Assembly (NCBI GenBank): GCA_023246655.1
Contig: JAHFHX010000004.1
Span: 2,762-66,761 of the forward strand
Direction of reading: 5' to 3'
From: Candidatus Magasanikiibacteriota bacterium
GTDB lineage: Bacteria > Patescibacteriota > Patescibacteriia > Magasanikbacterales > GWA2-37-8
DNA: 64,000 nucleotides
A program made the position numbers and the translations under genes. This document shows positions 27,750 through 37,841 of the stretch, in pieces; positions within the stretch are counted from its first letter, which is position 1; each line of letters opens with the position of its first letter. The notes under the pieces were generated by a model. That model saw nothing but the letters and a program-made list of their open reading frames with translations. It did no database searches and was not told the origin of the DNA.

Positions 27750-29274
27750 TTGCTTTTTCCACCGCCGACACCAATTCTTCCGATTGAATCATGGTTTTTA
27801 TCATCTCTACGTATGGATACAGAATGGTATCCTCTTTTATATAAGGTACTTTACTTCGAACCAATTCATATGCTGCCCGAACGCCAGTGCCTGGCTTCTT
27901 TCCTTTTTTGAATTCGAGAGCTTGGCAACCAAGCATGAGCTCAATGGCGAGGACATATTGAGTGTTTCGTAAAATTCGTTGAATTTTGAGTGCGGCATTG
28001 GTGCCCATGGAGCAATCATCTTCTTGGCCGGCCGAGACCGGGATGGAATCAACAATACCGGGATAACATAAAATTTTATTTTCATTCACAAGCGCGGCCG
28101 AGGCATATTGCGGCATCATGAATCCAGAATTTAACCCGCCGGATTCGATGAGAAACGCTGGCAATATTTTGCTGTAATAGGGGTTATTCATTCGTTCCTG
28201 ACGAATTTCAGATGCACTGGCATATTCTTGAAGAGCTTGGGCCATCGTTTCCAGTGGCATGCAAATAGGCTGTCCATGAAAATTTCCTCCTGATAGCACC
28301 TCATTGGTTTCAATAAATACCAACGGGTTATCTTGAGCGGCATTCATTTCAATTTCAAATTGTCGTTGTATCCATAACAAAGCCTCGCGACTCGCCCCTA
28401 AAATAACGGGGGCACATCGGATTGAATAACAATCCTGCACACGCGTTGGCGGTCCGGCCAAAATTTCACTATTTTTCATCAAAGCGCGGAGATTCCTCGC
28501 TGCCGTTACTTGTCCGGGGAAGCGACGGGCTCGCGCGATTTTATCAGCCAAGGCTTCTTGGACAACTTCGATAGATTCCATAGTAGCGGCGCACGCAATT
28601 TCTGACACCGCCGCAATCTGTATAGCGTCATATAATTCAAGCGCTCCAAGACCGATCATAAAAGTATCTCCATTTATAAGAGCCAACCCTTCCTTGGCTT
28701 CTAGTTGTAGGGGTGTAATTTTGGCACGGTCCAGAGCCTCTTTTGCCGGCAATCGCTGCCCTTCATAAAAAGCTTCACTTTCACCAAGCATTGGCAATGC
28801 CATCATGGCAAGTGGAGCTAAATCACCACTTGAGCCAACTGAACCCTGTTCGAGTACCAGTGGCGTGACGCGCTTATTTAACATGGCGACGAGTGTCTCT
28901 AACACAATTGGTCTGGCTCCAGACATGCCCGATGCTAAATAGTTAGCTCGGCAGAGCATGGTGGCGCGGACAACCTCTTCTTTTGCTGGGTCGCCTACCC
29001 CGGTACTGTGGCTGCGTACTAAATTGAGTTGTAACTGCGCTGCCTGTTCCTCATTAATAAATACTTGAGAAAATTCTCCGAATCCGGTGGTGACTCCATA
29101 TATTTTTTCTTTGGCCTGAATTTTGCTTCGCAAAATTGCGCACCCTTCTTTACAACGTTTGTTGGCTTCTGGGTCAATGCGTACGGTTGCATAATTACGT
29201 GCCACCAGCTTAATTTGCTCGATAGTCAATGACCGTCCGTCGATGGTTACAGTTGTATTTTGCAGATTAGACAT
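27703..29274 (-). CDS. hutH: histidine ammonia-lyase family (aromatic amino acid lyase) protein
   Basis: The protein is 523 aa. The MIO-forming loop reads GSVGSSGDLAPLA, i.e. Ser-Ser-Gly in place of the canonical Ala-Ser-Gly. Confidence 0.8.
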   Translation of the reverse strand: MSNLQNTTVTIDGRSLTIEQIKLVARNYATVRIDPEANKRCKEGCAILRSKIQAKEKIYGVTTGFGEFSQVFINEEQAAQLQLNLVRSHSTGVGDPAKEEVVRATMLCRANYLASGMSGARPIVLETLVAMLNKRVTPLVLEQGSVGSSGDLAPLAMMALPMLGESEAFYEGQRLPAKEALDRAKITPLQLEAKEGLALINGDTFMIGLGALELYDAIQIAAVSEIACAATMESIEVVQEALADKIARARRFPGQVTAARNLRALMKNSEILAGPPTRVQDCYSIRCAPVILGASREALLWIQRQFEIEMNAAQDNPLVFIETNEVLSGGNFHGQPICMPLETMAQALQEYASASEIRQERMNNPYYSKILPAFLIESGGLNSGFMMPQYASAALVNENKILCYPGIVDSIPVSAGQEDDCSMGTNAALKIQRILRNTQYVLAIELMLGCQALEFKKGKKPGTGVRAAYELVRSKVPYIKEDTILYPYVEMIKTMIQSEELVSAVEKAIGPLKQPKKYVPPIA

Positions 29275-29279
29275 ACATT

Positions 29280-30347
29280 TTAAGAATAAGAATTAATGAA
29301 CTGGTTGAGTATAGAGTAATAACTTTCTAAGCTTTTGAGATCGGCCCACTCATTTTTAGCATGGTAGTTACGGCCAATTGGGCCAAATACTACGACAGGC
29401 AGTCCTGCCTCCGAAAAATATTTGGCATCAGAACCAGTGGCCGATTTTTCGAAAGCAGTGGTTTGGCACGTAAATACGTCCAGTAATTTTTTTAATCGTT
29501 GTAGATTACAATTATTTTTTGGCACGGTCATCAGTGGTTTTACCACGCAACCTATCTTTAGCCGCGGCTCTTTAATTTTTTTAATGCCATTTAGCAGTTG
29601 GCGTTTGTCTTCTCCGTTAGTGTAGCGGATGTTTAGAGTTGCCGTGGCAGTAGCAGGGATGCTATTTTTAGCTTCACCGCCGGCCAGGGTAGTTAAAGAA
29701 ATAGTGGGGCGGAATTTTTTTTTGGTTTTCCACAAGGGCAAGTTTTGCAGTTGGGTAATTTTGGCTATTAATTTATCGAGCGCGTTAACCCCGTTTTGCG
29801 GTTCAGCGCTGTGCGCGGCCCGGCCGCGGTAGGTTAGGGTTACATTAACAGTGCCTTTTTGTTGTGTTACCAAATTAAAATCAGTCTGCTCGGCAACAAT
29901 CGTAAAATGGGGCCGTAGGTTTAGTTGTTGTATAGCGACGCGCGCGGCCGTGCCAGTGCTTTTTTCTTCGTCATCAACTAAGAGCAGGCTAAGCGGCGCC
30001 GTTCCAGCAGGGGCATTTTTTATTACCTCAATTAGCACTGCTACCGACCCCTTCATGTCTATGGCACCGCGGCCAAATAATTTATTACCAATTATTTTTG
30101 GAATATAATCGGCGTAATTGCCGGGGACGACATCAATATGCCCGACTAAACATATAATAGGTTTAGTGGTGGTGTTAGTAATGTAGAGAGCGGAGCCAAT
30201 TGGTGTTATGATTTTTTTTATTTTTAGTCGCGAATTTTTTAAATAATTAATAATAAAATTAAAACATTGTTTTTTTGCTTTTTGGTTGTCTTCAGTCGTA
30301 GGGAAACGGATGAGCTGTTTGGCGAGCTTAGTAATATTCTTTGTCAT
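29280..30347 (-). CDS. M20-family metallopeptidase (ArgE/DapE-like)
   Basis: The motifs GHIDVV, AIDMKG and EE are present. The protein is 355 aa. Confidence 0.7.
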   Translation of the reverse strand: MTKNITKLAKQLIRFPTTEDNQKAKKQCFNFIINYLKNSRLKIKKIITPIGSALYITNTTTKPIICLVGHIDVVPGNYADYIPKIIGNKLFGRGAIDMKGSVAVLIEVIKNAPAGTAPLSLLLVDDEEKSTGTAARVAIQQLNLRPHFTIVAEQTDFNLVTQQKGTVNVTLTYRGRAAHSAEPQNGVNALDKLIAKITQLQNLPLWKTKKKFRPTISLTTLAGGEAKNSIPATATATLNIRYTNGEDKRQLLNGIKKIKEPRLKIGCVVKPLMTVPKNNCNLQRLKKLLDVFTCQTTAFEKSATGSDAKYFSEAGLPVVVFGPIGRNYHAKNEWADLKSLESYYSILNQFINSYS

Positions 30348-30404
30348 ATTTTGTACTAAAGATATGGAGAGGAAGCGTGGAGAGGAGTCTCTCCACGCTT
30401 CCTG

Positions 30405-31352
30405 TTAGGTTTGTTCGAGCGACCGGGCAGTGCCGAGACGCAGGAGCCCCACGGCGAAGCCGATCGCCTGCCAGCCCTGGGGCATCCCGAAGCGGCGGGC
30501 GAGAGGACTGAAGTTGCCACCGCCGGCTACCTCGGTGAACTGCCGACCAGTCGTCGTGGTGTAGTCGGTTTCGAAAACCAGCCCTTCGTAGGTAAGCGGT
30601 CCACCTACCAACGTCCGCGACCAGCTGGCTTCTGGGTAGGTCGGGTTCAGGTCGAAGGGGGTGGAAGTCCACTGGCGGATGGTAGCGTGAAGGGGCGGCG
30701 GCACTATGCCCAGGATCTCGGCCAGAATCGGCTCCGTATTTTCCGACTCAGCGCGGGCGGTTTCGAGTTTGTCCATGAGCTTTCGTACCTTCCGCTGTAC
30801 TAGGTACGGAAGTTTGCTAATAAGCTTCACGAACGCGTTATGGTTGTTCAGTCGTACCCGCGGCTGATTTTTCAATCCAATCAGCCGGAACGTCTCATGT
30901 TGGATCTGGAGCAGAAGTTTTAGCAACTCATCCGCAGTGTAGATACTCGGCGCCAGGATTTCCGCCTCGAGTTGGGGGAAAACCGGCTCACGTACCCCCG
31001 GTAGGATTTCGGTTTCCACCCGGGCATAGGCCCCCACCGAAAGGTACAGGAGCGGCTGCGGCGGCAGGTGCCGCAGGTTGGCTACGAAGCTGAGGAGACA
31101 GCTCCGCGACACCACCTGGCCGGTTGCTTCGTCCTGGTAGTGATCTTCGAATTCGCTGGCCTCATCCAGCGTGCAGGCGCGGTAGGTTTCGTAGTCGGCC
31201 ACGCTCACCAGGAAGGCGGGGCAACCCTCCACCACCCTGAGCCCGCTTGCGAGTACAGCCGGGAGGTGGGCAATGAGCTGAAGCGCTGCCTTTCCTTCCG
31301 CAAACAGGGGGGAGGTCTCGACCGCCTTTTTCATCTGCACAAGGTCGTCCAT
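30405..31352 (-). CDS. GC-rich protein resembling the class-II aaRS catalytic core of HisRS/HisZ
   Basis: A motif-3-like segment (AGGGNFSPLARRFG) is present. The gene is about 60% GC, assignment is weak. Confidence 0.35.
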   Translation of the reverse strand: MDDLVQMKKAVETSPLFAEGKAALQLIAHLPAVLASGLRVVEGCPAFLVSVADYETYRACTLDEASEFEDHYQDEATGQVVSRSCLLSFVANLRHLPPQPLLYLSVGAYARVETEILPGVREPVFPQLEAEILAPSIYTADELLKLLLQIQHETFRLIGLKNQPRVRLNNHNAFVKLISKLPYLVQRKVRKLMDKLETARAESENTEPILAEILGIVPPPLHATIRQWTSTPFDLNPTYPEASWSRTLVGGPLTYEGLVFETDYTTTTGRQFTEVAGGGNFSPLARRFGMPQGWQAIGFAVGLLRLGTARSLEQT

Positions 31353-31777
31353 TGTTCTCCTTTGTTGCCGGCTTGGTTGTGCCGGTCCGTGGTACTTGCC
31401 GGTTCTGCCCCGGCAACCCTCGTTTCACGTACGAGTGTGATTAGCTAATTTCACTAAAGTACCTTTTGAAAAATAAAAAATCCCGTTTGTACGGGATATG
31501 ACCTCGGAAATGCGAAACTCTACCTAGAGTTTGCTACCCGAGGTCGAGAAGATGATGTGAAAATTGTACGAACGCTTGTTTCATATGTATTAACGTAGTA
31601 CTACAGTAACACAGAGGGGGAATGGTGTCAAGAGAAAGGTGTGGATAAATGCCTCAATATCTAATTTCTAATATCTAACAAAATGTCCAAACTATAATTT
31701 CCAAACATTAATCATAATTGGGTATTGATTATTGGGAATTTTATTAGGAATTAGATATTGGGTTAATTAGGAATTTT

Positions 31778-32074
31778 TTAGGTTAGTTTTTTGGCTATTT
31801 TTTTCAGAGCAGTCCGATATCCTCCTTCCCCATGTTCCAGCCACCAGGCAATGCGGGTAACGGTAGTGGTGGACACGCCCGTTTTTTTGGCAACGGCGCG
31901 ATAGGATTCGCCGTGGGCCAGGAGTTGAGCAATTTCCCAGCGCGTCCCCAGTTCTTTAAGCTCATCTAGGCTACAGAGGTCACGTAAAAATTTAAGTAAA
32001 TCGTCCTCATTTTTGAATGACAACAAAGCCCGGGCGAGACGTTTGAGAGCAAGGGTTTTCCAGTTTGATGACAT
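31778..32074 (-). CDS. TrpR-like (YerC/YecD family) DNA-binding protein
   Basis: The sequence GTRWEIAQLLAHGESYRAVAKKTGVSTTTVTRIA is an HTH. Confidence 0.6.
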   Translation of the reverse strand: MSSNWKTLALKRLARALLSFKNEDDLLKFLRDLCSLDELKELGTRWEIAQLLAHGESYRAVAKKTGVSTTTVTRIAWWLEHGEGGYRTALKKIAKKLT

Positions 32075-32086
32075 AATGTAGGGATT

Positions 32087-32686
32087 TTATTTGAACAATT
32101 TTTTGTGGAGTAGATACCCCACCGCGATGGCAGCACCAGCAATTATAATGGCCACCTTAATATGCTCAATCCAAGGGCCTACCCGCCCCCACAGCCCACC
32201 AAAGTAATAGCCAATAAGTAGAAAGACCGCACTCGCTGCAAATGTCCCTACCACATTAAAGATAATAAATTTTCTAACCCGCAGGTGGCAGACGCCAGCC
32301 ACAAATGGTACCACCGGGCGCAAGGGCCCAATGAAGCGCGCCAGAATAATACTCATATCACCAAAGCGACGAAAAAATTCTTCCCCCTTTTTATGGTGGG
32401 CGGCACGGAACAGGCGACTGTGCTTAAGACGTTCAGCGTTATGTTGCCCGAGGTAAAAACTTATGCCGTCTCCCAGAATACCGCCCAGCGCCACAAACCA
32501 AATGAGATCCCCAAAATCAAAAACACCTTGGGCTGCTAAAAAACCAACAAAGATGGTGATGGTGGTACCAGGAATAAACAGGCCAACAAAAGCCAGCGAT
32601 TCTAAAAAGGCTGCCAGAAGCACTACCCAGTAACCCCAGAGGCCAAGGTGCTGTAGTTTGGGGAGGAGAAGATGAAGATAATCCAT
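32087..32686 (-). CDS. DedA/VTT-domain membrane protein
   Basis: The Gly-Arg DedA motif (FIGPLRPVVPFVAGV) is present and the protein has four TM helices. Confidence 0.7.
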   Translation of the reverse strand: MDYLHLLLPKLQHLGLWGYWVVLLAAFLESLAFVGLFIPGTTITIFVGFLAAQGVFDFGDLIWFVALGGILGDGISFYLGQHNAERLKHSRLFRAAHHKKGEEFFRRFGDMSIILARFIGPLRPVVPFVAGVCHLRVRKFIIFNVVGTFAASAVFLLIGYYFGGLWGRVGPWIEHIKVAIIIAGAAIAVGYLLHKKLFK

Positions 32687-32868
32687 AGGAGTCTGTGTAT
32701 CATAACAAATTAGGGTAGCGATTTCAATTTTTATTATTAGGACTTAAAACTTATCAACAAAAGCTACTCTTGATTTTTTTCTTAAAAGAGCCTATAGTAA
32801 TGCGTTGGCAATCTTGCCACATTGACCAATCCGCGGCCGAGCCGCGGTAAAGATAGGAGGTTCTACTA

Positions 32869-33528
32869 ATGAGCACTCTCACTCCGCGTCTCCGGGCGCA
32901 GGTCGAGTTGGCCATCCTCGCCGGTATCCTCAAGCCGGTTGATAAGGCCAAGCCTCACTTTGGCGAAGGCGTCGTGGCCGTGATGTGCCCTGACGGCGAT
33001 CAGGCGGGGAAGAAGCAATTTCTCGCTCAGCTCGTCACGGCGCAGCATGGGCAGGAGCGGGTCCACGACGTGGGCAAGTTCCACGGCGGCGCACTCGTGT
33101 TGTCGCCTACCTCGCCCTTGAGCAGCATGGCACCGTTCCTCGCTACGGCGCTTGCGATCCTCGCGCCGGACCGGGCAGCGCAGTGGGCCATCAAGCTCGC
33201 GCAGCCGCTTCTCGGTTTCGCGGGGCGAGCCATCCGGCTCGATCTGCTGCTCTTGTCCTTCCTCGCCATCGCGATCGACATGAAGAAGATTCGGACCGTG
33301 GTCCTCTACGTGCATGCGCCCTGCGGCGCAGCGCAGCATGCCGGCCTGGATTTCTTCGATGAGCTCAGGCACCTCGTGGCGGCCAAGCGTTTTCTCAAGC
33401 GCCGGCTTGGCCACCTTGGACTCAAGGTCCCCTGTTTCGTCCATGTCAACTTCGGTGGCGGACAGGAAGAGACCTACTTCGTGAAAACCCACGAAGTCGA
33501 AGCCTGGCTTGCGCAGGTCGCCCCTTAG
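32869..33528 (+). CDS. GC-rich hypothetical protein with a C-x-D...H-x-x-C-G motif pair
   Basis: A GGAGG ribosome-binding site lies 8 nt upstream of the ATG. The motifs are MCPDGD and HAPCGAAQ. The antisense ORF here was rejected. Confidence 0.45.
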   Translation: MSTLTPRLRAQVELAILAGILKPVDKAKPHFGEGVVAVMCPDGDQAGKKQFLAQLVTAQHGQERVHDVGKFHGGALVLSPTSPLSSMAPFLATALAILAPDRAAQWAIKLAQPLLGFAGRAIRLDLLLLSFLAIAIDMKKIRTVVLYVHAPCGAAQHAGLDFFDELRHLVAAKRFLKRRLGHLGLKVPCFVHVNFGGGQEETYFVKTHEVEAWLAQVAP

Positions 33529-33609
33529 CGCGGGGTGCAAGCTCCCGCCTCCGCTAGGCCCCCCGCCGGACCTAGCGTGAGGCACCCACACTGTGTTAAT
33601 GTATAAAAT

Positions 33610-34563
33610 ATGAGATTTGAAACATTTGGTCGCATGCTCGGTTTAGTTGCTACCCTTAGAGGCAGCGCTGAAGCCAAACCACCTAAACCTATGGAACATA
33701 TGCAAGCAGCAAATTTGGGTACTGAGCAACACCGTGAAGAGCAAGAGCGCGCTTTGTTTGCCAAGCTTGAGGAACGTAAAATGAATGCTCTGCGTAAGCA
33801 GGGCATGGGAAAATATGTGGAGAGTATTCCTCACCTTGAGCACGCGTTTCAGGAGGGTAAGACGGAAAGTTGTACCTGTATTGATGAACGGATTCCCGGC
33901 GGCAAGGTGCGGTTGGCCGGATCGGGGATACTTCTTTCCGGCGGAGCGGAGCAGGCGGCTGAATTACTTATTGCGGCTGGCGTTAAGGAGGTAACGAGCC
34001 ATGAGGGTTGTGGTGCCGCTGCCTTGGCTGCCAAGCAAGCCCACGCCCCCGATGCCAATGTCTATGGGCAGGAATTTGCTAAGCGCGTGGCTGCACTTAT
34101 GTCGCAAAAAATCGGCTACCCTGTTCGTCATCGCCATATTGCTGCCGCCGAGATGCGTCCGCCTAAAGATTTTTATAGTCATACAGAAATATCTAAATCT
34201 CCCGGGCACCACCCGGCACAAGCCGTGTATTATGATTTTACGGGTGGGTTTAATCCTACCAAGGTGCCAGAGTTGCCGCTTGGGTTTGTATCAAGTAGGC
34301 GATATGTTGGGCCAGAGACTGCTACCCACGATGCTCAATTGGCTGTTAAAATTGCCTTGGGGGCACATGGTTTAGGAAAAGATTATTTTCAAAATGGTCG
34401 TCAGGTCCGCGTTATTATTGTGGCGCGTAGCGCACAGGAATTGCAGCAGGCAAAGGCCGTTGAACTAGCCCCGGTGATGCAGGAGTTTGGAGAGACAGTA
34501 GCGATAGATGGTTTTGTAGTACCGAGGAAATTATTACCGCCTGCCGAGAATGCACTTAATTAG
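33610..34563 (+). CDS. hypothetical protein with CIDER...HEGCGAA motifs (possible distant beta-carbonic-anhydrase-like metal site)
   Basis: The protein is 317 aa. It resembles the upstream gene only in the C-x-D...H-x-x-C-G motif pair, so it may be a distant paralog. A terminator follows it. Confidence 0.5.
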   Translation: MRFETFGRMLGLVATLRGSAEAKPPKPMEHMQAANLGTEQHREEQERALFAKLEERKMNALRKQGMGKYVESIPHLEHAFQEGKTESCTCIDERIPGGKVRLAGSGILLSGGAEQAAELLIAAGVKEVTSHEGCGAAALAAKQAHAPDANVYGQEFAKRVAALMSQKIGYPVRHRHIAAAEMRPPKDFYSHTEISKSPGHHPAQAVYYDFTGGFNPTKVPELPLGFVSSRRYVGPETATHDAQLAVKIALGAHGLGKDYFQNGRQVRVIIVARSAQELQQAKAVELAPVMQEFGETVAIDGFVVPRKLLPPAENALN

Positions 34564-34581
34564 AAACGATTTTTAAAATAA

Positions 34582-34612
34582 AACATCCCGACTGAGTCGG
34601 GATGTTTTTATT
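34582..34612 (+). terminator. terminator hairpin ACATCCCGACTGAGTCGGGATGT followed by a T-run
   Basis: Third copy of the CATCCCGACTGAGTCGGGATG hairpin. Confidence 0.7.
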
Positions 34613-34839
34613 CTAGAAGATGCAAGTATTTTGTATGCTCTAGATGCAGGGTTTCATTGCGAGGAAACCCGACTCTTGGCCGGCGATAGTGTTATCGCCT
34701 GTTTCTTTTCAGCCGTCGTTTGGCCTGGCGACGGATATATTCCCGCGTGGCGGGACTATGGGAGGTGCCGAGATTCTCGGGAAGTACGGGCGGAATGGGT
34801 ACCGCCGTCGATTCCGAGCTCTCAGACTCGCGGTGGCGC

Positions 34840-35094
34840 CTAGGGCGCCACGTCGCTACCACCCGCGGGGAGTGGGCAGTAGGACTCGTTGCACGCCGGC
34901 TTGTGGGCCGGCGCGGCGGGCGCCGTCGGACGGTAGCCGGACGTGTCGATCACGTCGGCTCCGCCGGCCGGCAGGGGCGACCAGGGTCCGTGCGCCACGA
35001 AGGCGTGGACCATGATGGTCACCACGATCGCCACCAGGAGCGCGAACAGCGTCCCGGTGGAGATTTCCCGCCTTCTTCTCTTCTGAATGGCCAT
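34840..35094 (-). CDS. small GC-rich membrane-anchored protein
   Basis: A GGAGGAGG ribosome-binding site precedes the ATG. One TM helix (LFALLVAIVVTIMVHAFV) is followed by a Pro/Ala-rich tail. Confidence 0.45.
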   Translation of the reverse strand: MAIQKRRRREISTGTLFALLVAIVVTIMVHAFVAHGPWSPLPAGGADVIDTSGYRPTAPAAPAHKPACNESYCPLPAGGSDVAP

Positions 35095-35220
35095 GTTTCA
35101 CCTCCTCCTAAACTCCATAGTAATAAAGTTTAAAAGGAAATGAAAAACAAGCTAGCATACACCAAAAATACCCTTTTGTCAAGGATACTTGTATTATTTT
35201 GGCTCAGTTAAGCTAAGAAT

Positions 35221-35952
35221 TTATCGCACTACATCATACCCAACCCGAACTGTATTTGCCCCGTTTTGTTTGATTTTACGGATCGTCATTTTGTTAATTT
35301 CTGATAGATTGTTAACGTGCGTGCCGCCACAGGGTATACCAAAATTCCCAAACAGTACCACGCGGGCGGGTTTGCCTTCAGGAATATAATCCGGGACAAA
35401 GGTGCATACGGTGTTCAGTTGTTCTTTTGGCAGGAAGAGCAATGTTGTTGGCCGGGCTTCGGCGATAAATTTATTACAGAGTATTTCTAAATCAACTTTT
35501 ATTTTTTCTTTATCAACCCCTTCTAAATTGCCGGCATATTCTACGTATGGTCCGTCTGGAAAGTGGTAGCCTTTGCCCGGAATCCACGGGAGCTCATAGG
35601 TACTTACCGCCAGATCAACTATGTGGCCAGCAGAATGCAGGCGGCTGTAGAGCAAACGACGATCGCGGTTAACGTAGCAGGTAACCATTTCACCGCTCAT
35701 GAATAGTCCATTTTGAAATTTGCCAATATGCCGCACCAGCCCCGCTTCAAAACGCACTTCTTCTACCAAAAACTCAGCATTTTTTGATACAATCATTCCT
35801 TGATCATAGGGCTGCCCGCCACCTTGCGGGTAAAAAATAGTTTGGTCCAGGATAACAATATCCCGCCCCTCTTCTTTTAGGGCGGCAACAACTTTGGCTT
35901 CGTCGGTTAGTAAATTAAAATTTTCAAGATAGCGCAGTGTTGTTGGGTTCAT
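35221..35952 (-). CDS. alaX: AlaX-type alanyl-tRNA editing (tRNA synthetase second additional domain, SAD) protein
   Basis: The zinc motifs HSAGH and CGGTHV are present. Confidence 0.75.
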   Translation of the reverse strand: MNPTTLRYLENFNLLTDEAKVVAALKEEGRDIVILDQTIFYPQGGGQPYDQGMIVSKNAEFLVEEVRFEAGLVRHIGKFQNGLFMSGEMVTCYVNRDRRLLYSRLHSAGHIVDLAVSTYELPWIPGKGYHFPDGPYVEYAGNLEGVDKEKIKVDLEILCNKFIAEARPTTLLFLPKEQLNTVCTFVPDYIPEGKPARVVLFGNFGIPCGGTHVNNLSEINKMTIRKIKQNGANTVRVGYDVVR

Positions 35953-35987
35953 AGGGGATTTATCTTTATAATTTTATACCATAAAAG

Positions 35988-36881
35988 TTAGTTTTGTTGA
36001 ATGCAACTATTAAATTTTTGTATGCTCGTATTATAGGTAGCGACCAGGGTTTTAAATTCGCCGACAGCGGTATTGTAGTGCGCAACTAATTCGTTGTATT
36101 GGTCTACTTTCATTTTATACTTTTCATATTCCTCTTCAGTTTTTGGTTTATCGGTCTCTAATTCTGCTCGTAATTTTTCGATAGTTATTTGTTCGGTGGT
36201 CAGGTTGGTTTCCTGGGTTTTAATTTCAGCCAGCAGTGTTTCATTAACTAGGGGGCAGCTGGCCAGGGGGTGGCCAAAATGTTGCACGCCAATCCACGTT
36301 TTGTGACCTTCAAAAATACCTTGGCCAACGGCCACACCAATTTCGGTGAAACGTTGATTGAGGATATTGGCCCGATGGCCTGGACTATTCATCCAGGCTG
36401 TTACGATATCGGCGTCGCTATCAAAATTTCCCAAGGCAAGATTCTCGCCAATGATAATAAAACGATAATTAGTTTGCGTCGTTAGGTCTTTAACTGCTAC
36501 CCCACTGGGGGAGACATGTTCAAAATATTGTTGAGCAAACATATCCTTTAGTTTGAGTTCGGCAGAGGCATTAAGTTTAGTATTTTCTTTGAGGAGAGGA
36601 AGGCCAAGTTTTTGTCGTTCGCGATTGGTAGCAGTAATAACACCACTTCGAGTTAAGGTGGTTCCGGGTCGCTTGGTTGACCGGCGAAGCGGTGGAGGTG
36701 CAATAATTTCTGGTCGTAATTCCTGGGTAATTTTTTCAACCAAATTCGTTGTTGGTCGAATAAAGTTTTCCAACGGTGGTAGTTCCAACGTAAATTTTTG
36801 ATACCATTGACGGATGTCACCGCGAAATAACCAAAGACCAGCCACCATTATAAGTAAGATGAGGAGTTTCCAGGTTTTCAT
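35988..36881 (-). CDS. secreted CAP/SCP/PR-1 domain protein with a C-terminal coiled coil
   Basis: The sequence GENLALGNF...WMNSPGHRANILNQRFTEIGV matches the CAP domain and an N-terminal signal anchor is present. Confidence 0.7.
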   Translation of the reverse strand: MKTWKLLILLIMVAGLWLFRGDIRQWYQKFTLELPPLENFIRPTTNLVEKITQELRPEIIAPPPLRRSTKRPGTTLTRSGVITATNRERQKLGLPLLKENTKLNASAELKLKDMFAQQYFEHVSPSGVAVKDLTTQTNYRFIIIGENLALGNFDSDADIVTAWMNSPGHRANILNQRFTEIGVAVGQGIFEGHKTWIGVQHFGHPLASCPLVNETLLAEIKTQETNLTTEQITIEKLRAELETDKPKTEEEYEKYKMKVDQYNELVAHYNTAVGEFKTLVATYNTSIQKFNSCIQQN

Positions 36882-37771
36882 AGCATGAATTGAAATTGTT
36901 GTAATACTTTTTCACACGTTGCCGAACACACAGCCCGCCCGGTTTGTTGATAGCATTTTTCACAACAAATAAAATGGGCATTGCAACTTTTGAGATCGCA
37001 GTTAACATAATTCTCGCTGGGGTTTGCACATTTATCACAGCGGCCCACAATTTGGTGTGGGGTGGTAGGAGAATTGAAGCCAATAGTGACGCGGCCGTCG
37101 AAGACGTACAGTTTGCCTTTGAAATCTTCTTCCGGATATTTTTCCATATAGGAAACAATGCCATTTTCCAACTGATACACATCGGTAAAGCCATTTTTGA
37201 GAAGGAAGCCGGAGGCTTTTTCACAGCGCACGCCGCCGGTGCAGACGGTTACCACGGTTTTATTTTTAAGTTGTTCTAGGGCGGGCAAGATTTGGGAGAG
37301 ATTGCGGAAATTTTTAAGCGGCGGGAGAATGGAGTTTCGAAAAAAGCCAATTTTATGTTCGTAATCGTTGCGCATGTCGACGATGTAAAATTCTTTGTCG
37401 CTATGAATCCATTCGTGGAGCGTCTCTGCGGGTAAATGTTTCCCCGTCACTTGAGTAGGGTTTACATCAGCATCGCCCAAGTGTCCGCTAACTATTTCTG
37501 GCCGCACTTTAACGGAAAGGCGCGGGAAGGCGTTGCCCGTGCCCAGGCTTCGTTTAAAATTCATATCGGCGAAACGAGGATCGAGCTGCATTGCTTGGAT
37601 ATATTTTTCAGTATTCTCAGGCAGCCCTTCCACCGTGCCGTTGATACCTTCTTCGGCAATAATAATACGGCCTTTGAGGTTTAGGCGTTCGCAAAGTTCA
37701 CGTTGCTCGCGCATCAGCGCGGCGGGGTTTTCTATTAAAGTGTATTTGTAGTAGAGGAGGATTTGGTGCAT
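36878..37771 (-). CDS. trhO: rhodanese-domain tRNA uridine(34) hydroxylase TrhO/YceA family
   Basis: UPF0176 N-domain, the rhodanese active site CTGGVRCE, and a C-terminal Cys cluster are all present. Confidence 0.8.
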   Translation of the reverse strand: MHQILLYYKYTLIENPAALMREQRELCERLNLKGRIIIAEEGINGTVEGLPENTEKYIQAMQLDPRFADMNFKRSLGTGNAFPRLSVKVRPEIVSGHLGDADVNPTQVTGKHLPAETLHEWIHSDKEFYIVDMRNDYEHKIGFFRNSILPPLKNFRNLSQILPALEQLKNKTVVTVCTGGVRCEKASGFLLKNGFTDVYQLENGIVSYMEKYPEEDFKGKLYVFDGRVTIGFNSPTTPHQIVGRCDKCANPSENYVNCDLKSCNAHFICCEKCYQQTGRAVCSATCEKVLQQFQFML

Positions 37772-37841
37772 AACGGCGAGAATTTCTAATTCACCTAATA
37801 TACGAATTGTTGCTAATTAATTTTCCCTAAATTTGGCTCAA

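Noticed and set aside
32866-33591. 241-aa minus-strand ORF antisense to the 219-aa plus-strand gene
   Set aside because: The plus-strand ORF has a canonical GGAGG ribosome-binding site and hydrophobic core composition. The minus-strand ORF is Arg-rich, as is typical of antisense translation in GC-rich DNA.
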